Virus record (IMG/VR): IMGVR_UViG_3300028552_000002
From: an uncultured virus (IMG/VR IMGVR_UViG_3300028552_000002)
Lineage: Duplodnaviria > Heunggongvirae > Uroviricota > Caudoviricetes
Reading direction: 5' to 3' (one strand)
Length of the DNA: 64,000 nucleotides
Shown: positions 58,147 through 64,000 of the stretch, one piece after another
How the letters are laid out: every line of letters starts with the position of its first letter
Numbering within the stretch: position 1 is the stretch's first letter
The notes under the pieces: generated by a model
What the model saw: only the letters and a program-made list of their open reading frames with translations
What the model was told of the DNA's origin: nothing
Database searches by the model: none
Position numbers and translations under genes: made by a program

Positions 58147-58380
58147 TTATTTTTCCATTTTACATTCTAAAAAGAGATTTTCTTTTTCTTCAACTTTCTG
58201 CTTTTTAATTTCTATGAGTAATTTTTCTAAAGAGATTTCTGTATATCCATCAAAATACGTCATTAATATAACATAATCCTTTCCAGAATTATATCCGATA
58301 GCTGCGGCTAACTTATTTCTTATGCTTAAACTTGCCATGGTTAATCTATTTCCGCGTCGTTTGGATGGATATTCCAACAT
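58147..58380 (-). CDS. hypothetical protein
   Basis: Open frame in operon. Confidence 0.45.
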   Translation of the reverse strand: MLEYPSKRRGNRLTMASLSIRNKLAAAIGYNSGKDYVILMTYFDGYTEISLEKLLIEIKKQKVEEKENLFLECKMEK

Positions 58381-58471
58381 TTATAACAGGCAGCGTTTAC
58401 ACCATCCTCAACGCTGAAAGCTAAAACTTATTGTTGATGGCGAGGTAATTGATCTTCAATTTTTATCCATT

Positions 58472-58792
58472 TCATTTTCGTAGATTCCAATCTTTCACTC
58501 TTTTTAGTAAATCTTCGTTATTTATAGTAATCGTGGATTGTCCCACGTCTCTTATGATGAAGTTGCACATTCTTTCCAAAGAGGCCCGGATAGCCTTAAT
58601 ATCGGTCGCCATATCCTCAGAATCAGCCGCCTGTTGTTCATTGGATTTTGAAATCTGGGACTCATCGTCGGCAAGCGTACCCGAGATTTCAATGTCATGC
58701 ATTATCGAATCGGCCAATTTTTCTACAATTTGGATATCATAGATTCTGGATGCGATAGCCTTAAAAATTTCAGTTCTCAATTTGTAGTCCAT
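58472..58792 (-). CDS. hypothetical protein
   Basis: GAGG RBS. Confidence 0.6.
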   Translation of the reverse strand: MDYKLRTEIFKAIASRIYDIQIVEKLADSIMHDIEISGTLADDESQISKSNEQQAADSEDMATDIKAIRASLERMCNFIIRDVGQSTITINNEDLLKRVKDWNLRK

Positions 58793-58892
58793 AAGAAAAC
58801 CTCTTTATACGGGAGTTTATAATAACAAATGGCGCGGCGACAAACTTTGATTTAGAACAATTAATCTTTAACAAGTAAATACCGTGTTCTGT

Positions 58893-59230
58893 TCATTTCG
58901 ACTCACTCATAGTTAAAAATCCATCTAAGAAACTTTCTGCCGTTTGTATTTCTATTCTAACAAGCTTTTCATCTTTCCTTTTACGTCTAGCGATTTCTCG
59001 TTTTGGAATTTTATACAGATAATAGAGGAGAACGATTTTATATAGATTACGATCCTTTGATCCAAGTGAAGACAATGCAAATTCTATTGGTGATGTGTCA
59101 TAATTTTTTAAATTTCTTTTGTTTTAGGAATGATATCGCGAAATCCATCGGTAACATTTAAATAATCAACTCTTGAGCGATCGTTTGGTGTCGAATCTGC
59201 CCAATTTTTAAGAACTTCTTTTATGGACAT
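58893..59230 (-). pseudogene. lambdoid antitermination protein Q homolog, split by a 1-nt frameshift
   Basis: Frame 1 MSIKEVLKNW...VDY...GFRDIIP stops at 59108. The -1 frame continues to YLYKIPKREIARRKRKDEKLVRIEIQTAESFLDG. Confidence 0.75.
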
Positions 59231-59523
59231 TATTTCGCATCCTCTTTTGACGGGGCGGCGAGAAGCGCCTCTGTTTCGCTTACCAAATGTCTAGGCAGCT
59301 TCTCGCCAGCCTCTAAACATGCTCGGCCATACGATAGCCAACGTTTTAGCATGTGCTCAAAATCCGGCACCCGGCTTGCTGCGGGCGGGGTAAACGTTGC
59401 AATAAGTTCCCGAAGCTTTTTAAATTCAGCCCTATTCATTTCGAGAGACATGTCATCGTAATCAGTGCAACGGTCTAGCAAGTCTTGGATAGTCCAGCCC
59501 TCAAAATTCGGATTATCACTCAT
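59230..59523 (-). CDS. hypothetical protein, Eaa-like
   Basis: TPPAASRVPD...LLAAP motifs; probable start MSDNP overlapping the upstream stop. Confidence 0.55.
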   Translation of the reverse strand: MSDNPNFEGWTIQDLLDRCTDYDDMSLEMNRAEFKKLRELIATFTPPAASRVPDFEHMLKRWLSYGRACLEAGEKLPRHLVSETEALLAAPSKEDAK

Positions 59524-60106
59524 GGTTCGCCCCCTTGTCGCCGTTGGCGCGGTCATCAGGCCAAGCGGCACACGGGCCATCATGACCAGCACCGCGAGTA
59601 CAGCACCAGCAAGGTGATGGTAATTTGCATTCTTCGCCTGGGAAAAATTGCGGTGAAGGAGTGGCTATACCAAATGGGTCTATCGGGTCTTCGTGTTTAT
59701 TTATGAAAAAGATTCCCTGTGTAAGTACAACGTTTAGGATTTCATCCATTAACCTGCAAAGCGGCTCTTGTTCTTCGTAACTTAAATTAAAGTCGTTAAG
59801 TTTTAGAATATCTAAAGCCACATGACAACACTCATGAGCTAGAAACTGAAGTATTTCAGTTTCTGTGAATGGTTCTCCTGTATGCGGATATTTCTCCCCA
59901 ACCAAAATTATAAAGGTCTGGAAATTATTATCTGAAGCAACATCACATAACCGAGAAACAAGTTCAACCTCATCTTCATGCAGTCGAGTAGAGAAAGCAA
60001 CACGAGGCTTATATGCAAAACCAAAGTAATAGTCTGTGCTGCTATTTGAAAAACCTATTATTAAATTATAAACATTTTCTTTGTAATATATTTTAGTTGT
60101 CTTCAT
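59516..60106 (-). CDS. HExxH metallopeptidase-like protein with C-terminal Cys/His motif
   Basis: LAHECCHVA...EQEPLC; C-terminal CKLP..CW.CTRGAGHDGPCAA. Confidence 0.65.
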   Translation of the reverse strand: MKTTKIYYKENVYNLIIGFSNSSTDYYFGFAYKPRVAFSTRLHEDEVELVSRLCDVASDNNFQTFIILVGEKYPHTGEPFTETEILQFLAHECCHVALDILKLNDFNLSYEEQEPLCRLMDEILNVVLTQGIFFINKHEDPIDPFGIATPSPQFFPGEECKLPSPCWCCTRGAGHDGPCAAWPDDRANGDKGANHE

Positions 60107-60192
60107 AAATACCTGATAATTATTGGGGATAAAAATATTATTTAATCATCTGAAGACTTGAACATCATTTCCTCAGACATCATTTATGCTCC

Positions 60193-60996
60193 TTATTTGG
60201 CGAGCATATCTTCGCGACATGCGTTATACCCCTTTACCCATTGAATATAGTTGCTTGCTTTGATGTGACGATTGGCAAATGCCTCAGTATCCGTCATTTC
60301 ATCCGGTATATAAGCTGGTTGAAAAATTGATTCAGCGATAGCGTTATCAGCAATATCAACCGCGCTGGATAATGCATCCCACAATTCCTGTGCTTGAATC
60401 TCTATTGGCCTTTCTCGTGGTAGATGCTTAGCTAAATCAATGATTTTATTGAGCGCCACCTTGGCATTATTATCTGGTTCTGGTGCAGCGCTAACCGGAG
60501 GCTGCTTGTCGAGCATGGCGGCGCGGTAACGGGTCAATACGTCAGCAATGTATTCTTTCGTGACTTCTGGAACGTCGCGCCCATGGGAGATTAGCGCAGA
60601 GAGCGCCACGCCCAGCGCTTGGATAATTTCGGCTATAGGCGCCGCTTCATCCGGCACGGCTGGCGCTAGCGGTGCGGCATAGACTTTCACGACTCTATCG
60701 CCTTCAATCAGTGTTTCATCGTGGATGGTGACGTGGGCACAGACGTTCGCGTCTTCCGACTCGTAAAGATATAGTGTTGTCACAGGCTCACCCGCCAGCG
60801 CATCGCGCCGATTGAGTTCGGCCTCGGCTATTTTGGCTCTTTCATGTAATACTGATTTAACGGTTATATCTGTATTGTGAATTGCAGTCAGCGCTTCGAT
60901 ATGTTCGAGTAATTGGATAATTACACCGCCACGAATGAAAGATTTTTCACAACGTTTAATACTTTCCAATTCTTCCTGCGTCAATAGTTTGCTCAT
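60193..60996 (-). CDS. Eaa/Ead-like mosaic protein
   Basis: AEAEL, GEPV, VYAAP.APAVPDE and KGYNACR..ML segments; locally GC-richer. Confidence 0.65.
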   Translation of the reverse strand: MSKLLTQEELESIKRCEKSFIRGGVIIQLLEHIEALTAIHNTDITVKSVLHERAKIAEAELNRRDALAGEPVTTLYLYESEDANVCAHVTIHDETLIEGDRVVKVYAAPLAPAVPDEAAPIAEIIQALGVALSALISHGRDVPEVTKEYIADVLTRYRAAMLDKQPPVSAAPEPDNNAKVALNKIIDLAKHLPRERPIEIQAQELWDALSSAVDIADNAIAESIFQPAYIPDEMTDTEAFANRHIKASNYIQWVKGYNACREDMLAK

Positions 60997-60999
60997 GAT

Positions 61000-61182
61000 T
61001 TACCTCAATAATACTAATTTTATATTACCAATTTCAGGATGGCTTCTTAAAACAGCGTTGCCATTACAAACCACGTCTATGAATCCTTCCCATTCATATT
61101 CTGGCTGGTCACCTAATTGATGCCCAACTTGAGCATTAGCCGGGAATTTTTTTAGCTCTTTTATTAATTGGCCGACTGTCAT
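61000..61182 (-). CDS. hypothetical protein (MTVxQLIxxL family)
   Basis: GGAGG RBS before MTVGQLIKELKKFP. Confidence 0.65.
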   Translation of the reverse strand: MTVGQLIKELKKFPANAQVGHQLGDQPEYEWEGFIDVVCNGNAVLRSHPEIGNIKLVLLR

Positions 61183-61288
61183 ACCCACCTCCATAAATTC
61201 CAAATCACAGTTATCGGTAACGCAATAGTGACAGCCGTAAACGGCAAATTATTCAGCCATCTGTCAAGGCGTCTATCGGGTTGCGGTT

Positions 61289-61600
61289 TCATTCTTCAAC
61301 TTTGAAACCGGCGGTTTTGATGGCTATTTCTAATGCCGAAATATATCTACTTTTATATAAATATCCATCTGGATTATAATCAAAGGCGTCTATATCTGGA
61401 ATCTTAACCGGCACCTGCAACCGCCGTTCAGCATCACGCAAACGGTCGATGAGTTGAATAATCATCATGCATGGATTGTCGTTAGTAATTTCATCGGTTA
61501 AAACGGCGAAATCCCACATATTTCCGTCATCGCTCGCGCCAACTTGCGCGGCTGATTCGTAGATTTCTTGAATATTTTCGTCGGTTAATTTATTCATCAA
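61289..61600 (-). CDS. Ead/Ea22-like protein
   Basis: NP..IIQLIDRLRDAE...VKIP...AIKTAGFKVE pattern. Confidence 0.6.
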   Translation of the reverse strand: MMNKLTDENIQEIYESAAQVGASDDGNMWDFAVLTDEITNDNPCMMIIQLIDRLRDAERRLQVPVKIPDIDAFDYNPDGYLYKSRYISALEIAIKTAGFKVEE

Positions 61601-61835
61601 AGTCTGTCCAGTCAGTGTCTAAATCAGGATCAAAAGAATCTATTTCTTCTTCCTCATCCCACTCTACGTATCCTTCAGATACACCGTCACAATTGAAATT
61701 TCCTTTATGACCACATTCAGGGCATGTGACAATATCACCATCCCAGAAATAGCCATCACGCGCTTCTAGCGTGTCAATTTCTACAGGATTACAGCCGCAG
61801 ACCGGACAATCGGTGAAATCAATTTCTTTTTTCAT
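61590..61835 (-). CDS. acidic Zn-ribbon protein
   Basis: CPVC...WDGDIVTCPECG and acidic tail; ATGA-overlap start at 61835. Confidence 0.65.
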   Translation of the reverse strand: MKKEIDFTDCPVCGCNPVEIDTLEARDGYFWDGDIVTCPECGHKGNFNCDGVSEGYVEWDEEEEIDSFDPDLDTDWTDFDE

Positions 61836-61999
61836 CTTAAAATTTTCCCAGTAGTGAGAATTTGGTGGTGGGCGGTTTTTATAGCAGTCATGGCTGCTAG
61901 CCATGAATAAGAAGGAGTGCAAACTTTGCTACAGTTGCGACCGACTTCTTTACCGTAATCGACCATTTGGAAATGTTGGGATTTAGTGAGAGTCTTCAT
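61832..61999 (-). CDS. 55-aa hypothetical protein (not in ORF track)
   Basis: MKTLTKSQHFQMVDYGKEVG...; AGGGG RBS; directly below a promoter. Confidence 0.6.
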   Translation of the reverse strand: MKTLTKSQHFQMVDYGKEVGRNCSKVCTPSYSWLAAMTAIKTAHHQILTTGKILR

Positions 62000-62028
62000 T
62001 AGTGGTTCCCCTTTATCTTATGAGAACC

Positions 62029-62057
62029 ACTATAACGCCAATGAACACTTTTTACAA
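62029..62057 (-). promoter_or_regulatory. sigma70 promoter with GTTCATTGGC box
   Basis: TTGTAA-17 bp (aaagtgttcattggcgt)-TATAGT. Confidence 0.7.
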
Positions 62058-62072
62058 GAGGGAGATAAAACT

Positions 62073-62375
62073 TTATAGAAGATCTTCCAAAGCTTTTACG
62101 CCTGCCTGAAGAATCAAAAGAACACGCTTTTCATTTTCTTGGGATAAACCGATTTCATCTAATAAACCGATAATGGGTCTTTCAGGATCTTCATTATCTT
62201 TTGATGGAGGCAAACGATCAAGTCGATTCACTAGAGACCAAACTCTAGAACAAATCTCTGACGAAAGCATAACATTGCTGTTTTGATTTTCTTTAATCCC
62301 TTCCAAAGGGGTCAAAGGTTTAGTGTCTTCTCGTGAATCGATATCGAGATCAGACCTGATTTTCTTCGCCGTCAT
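62073..62375 (-). CDS. hypothetical protein
   Basis: Open frame in operon. Confidence 0.6.
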   Translation of the reverse strand: MTAKKIRSDLDIDSREDTKPLTPLEGIKENQNSNVMLSSEICSRVWSLVNRLDRLPPSKDNEDPERPIIGLLDEIGLSQENEKRVLLILQAGVKALEDLL

Positions 62376-62565
62376 TTTCTTTATTTCCTTTTGTTAAATT
62401 AATTTCAATAGAACTTCCGTCGTTAAACTTTGCAGATATATTATTCAGTCCATGATGATCTAAAACGATGGATAAAATTTCCAAAAGAATAGTCATTCTT
62501 TCGCCTTCGTCTTCGATGATATCCAGCGCGTCGACGACGTGCATTAATTTATCATTTTTTGTCAT
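62350..62565 (-). CDS. hypothetical protein
   Basis: AGGA RBS before MTKNDK. Confidence 0.55.
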   Translation of the reverse strand: MTKNDKLMHVVDALDIIEDEGERMTILLEILSIVLDHHGLNNISAKFNDGSSIEINLTKGNKENDGEENQV

Positions 62566-63032
62566 AGTCGATTTTTCCTGATTCGAAAGCGTTGAGGATT
62601 TTCTTAGCGGCCCATACATAGTTCCCGTTAGAAATTATGTCTTCAATCTTCTTTAGCGCCCCGGCATGTTTATCAATATAAGGCTCAAGCGCATGTTCTT
62701 TCACTACCATAGAATATTCTTTATTGAAAAGAACAAAATTATCATTTTCAATATGAACAATTAACCATGCCCTTAGATTCGGCAAAACTAATACTTTATC
62801 CCCAACCTTAAACTTTGGCATCTTTGCTTTCTCCAGCATTTCACGGGTTACCACAGAAGTAGACCAGTCAGAACATAATTTATATTTACCCAATTTATTG
62901 GCATCACGCATACCCCAGATATGACCCTCTAAGGACGGATACCTATAATCACTCCAAAACCTCTCCATTCCAATCCTGCGCAATGAAAGCACCGTCCAAA
63001 CCTTCTTTAATGCACAATTCTAAAAGCGTCAT
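62552..63032 (-). pseudogene. hypothetical protein split by a 1-nt frameshift
   Basis: RBS-supported ATG 63032 gives MTLLEL...IAQDWNGEV and stops at 62949. Removing one base of the run at 62956-62959 fuses it to WSDYRYP...SDWSTSVVTREM. Confidence 0.55.
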
Positions 63033-63054
63033 TTTTATTCACCTTATTAATTAT

Positions 63055-63187
63055 CTTTGGTGATGTGGTGGCCGGTACTGAATTTCCGGCATATGTGTGC
63101 GTCGAACCGAGTCATTACGCATGGGAGTTGCACCCATCACACCTCTAGCAGATACGTATCAGCCTACGTATTCACCACATCCCAAAG
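63055..63187 (-). ncRNA. structured RNA element (multi-stem, kissing loops)
   Basis: Closing stem of about 15 bp enclosing four hairpins; loops GGCUGA and AAAUUCAGUA are complementary. Confidence 0.7.
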
Positions 63188-63320
63188 TTAATTTGCGTAT
63201 TCGCTCGCCAGCGTTACCTGTTACATACAATATCCCCAACGGTTCACATGTTTTAAGGTGACATGCTCACTCAAGAGTCTTATTAATGCGCCCGGAAGCA
63301 AGTGGACGCAGTGTATAAGG

Positions 63321-63479
63321 CTATTTGTTCTTTGCAGCCTTAGCGGCAAGAATATAAGCATTGCGATTGCGAATACGTTCGTCGGCATTTAGGTTGTAGT
63401 CGTCTTTATAATTTACCATCGCCTGCATGTGGCAAAAGCGCGCCATGCGTAAGTTACTTCTGACAGTGATGTTTTCCAT
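63321..63479 (-). CDS. 52-aa hypothetical protein (not in ORF track)
   Basis: MENITVRSNLRMARFCHMQA...; GGAG upstream. Confidence 0.5.
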   Translation of the reverse strand: MENITVRSNLRMARFCHMQAMVNYKDDYNLNADERIRNRNAYILAAKAAKNK

Positions 63480-63508
63480 CTTTCATTCTCCAGGCGCCGC
63501 CGCCGCCG

Positions 63509-63700
63509 TTAGTTATTACGTGACGCGAGATAGTTGCATCGCGCTATAGCAATGCTCAGTCCGTCTTCGTTCAGTGAATACGCACTATCCGATTCTGAAT
63601 GAATAATTCCCACTTTCATTACAAAATAAGCGTTTTGCTGTTTGTTCTTTAATACAAAATATTTTCCATTTTCATGTTTAATATCAGACTCACGCATCAT
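63509..63700 (-). CDS. hypothetical protein
   Basis: GAGG RBS; HSESDSAY...GLSIAIARCNYL. Confidence 0.65.
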   Translation of the reverse strand: MMRESDIKHENGKYFVLKNKQQNAYFVMKVGIIHSESDSAYSLNEDGLSIAIARCNYLASRNN

Positions 63701-63754
63701 TATTCCTCTCGTTAGCCATCCCTGGCGTTAAGCCCGGCGAACCGGGCGGTAAGA

Positions 63755-64000
63755 TTACCAATCTTCGCCCAAGGCGTCGATTTCGTCACGTTCGATTTGA
63801 TCGACTTCTTCCTGATCCAAGTCACCCTGGAATTTGAAATCATCATCCGCGTCAGGAAAAGTTTCGCTTGAGAAAACTTCTGCAACGTCACCGCGAACAT
63901 AAAACGGCATACCATTTTCGTCGAAACTTTTTACTCTAACATTTTTGTCGCCGTTATCCGAGGTTTCACCTGACGTACCGTTAGTTAACATTACAATTCG
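63755..64000 (-). CDS. acidic hypothetical protein, probably 5'-truncated by window edge
   Basis: Frame is open to the end of the window. Confidence 0.55.
   Translation of the reverse strand, partial: RIVMLTNGTSGETSDNGDKNVRVKSFDENGMPFYVRGDVAEVFSSETFPDADDDFKFQGDLDQEEVDQIERDEIDALGEDW

Noticed and set aside
63055..63187. tRNA gene
   Set aside because: Multi-stem, but stem lengths and loop positions do not fit a cloverleaf; no properly placed T-arm or acceptor end.
1..64000. Prophage/temperate lifestyle or alternative genetic code
   Set aside because: No integrase, CI-like repressor or host genes seen; long genes are intact under the standard code with all three stops in use.

Overview
The window is most of the genome of an AT-rich (roughly 36-40% GC by eye), apparently virulent myovirus. 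I saw no integrase, repressor, tRNA or CRISPR array. Gene content and order resemble the PB1/BcepF1-like group (Lindbergviridae); this is from memory and was not searched. Layout: (1) + strand morphogenesis arm, 215-27797, with portal, MuF, protease/scaffold, decoration and major capsid proteins, neck, an inserted accessory fibre cassette, sheath, tubes, tape measure-transglycosylase, baseplate, tail fibre and GH19 endolysin. (2) - strand block, 27820-33685, with morons, ATP-dependent ligase, MazG-like protein, holin-like protein and primase. (3) + strand replication block, 33825-48244, with a RecD/Dda helicase, DnaQ, DnaE-type Pol III alpha, nuclease, SNF2 helicase, SSB-like protein, Dam-type MTase and VirE-like helicase. 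(4) An orphan head fibre, a repeat-rich non-coding locus and isolated terminase genes (terL carries a LAGLIDADG intein). (5) - strand early/accessory genes, several of lambdoid type (ninH, a frameshifted Q, Eaa/Ead-like), suggesting an Enterobacterales host. Most notable observations: at least 45 copies of the heptamer GCGCGGC/GCCGCGC in an AT-rich genome; a complex non-coding element duplicated 46 kb apart; two paralogous fibres whose variable tips are bracketed by near-identical DNA boxes; a shared AATGAAC box inside several promoters; a kissing-loop structured RNA; and candidate anti-defence/effector morons. All functional calls rest on motifs read by eye, not database searches.
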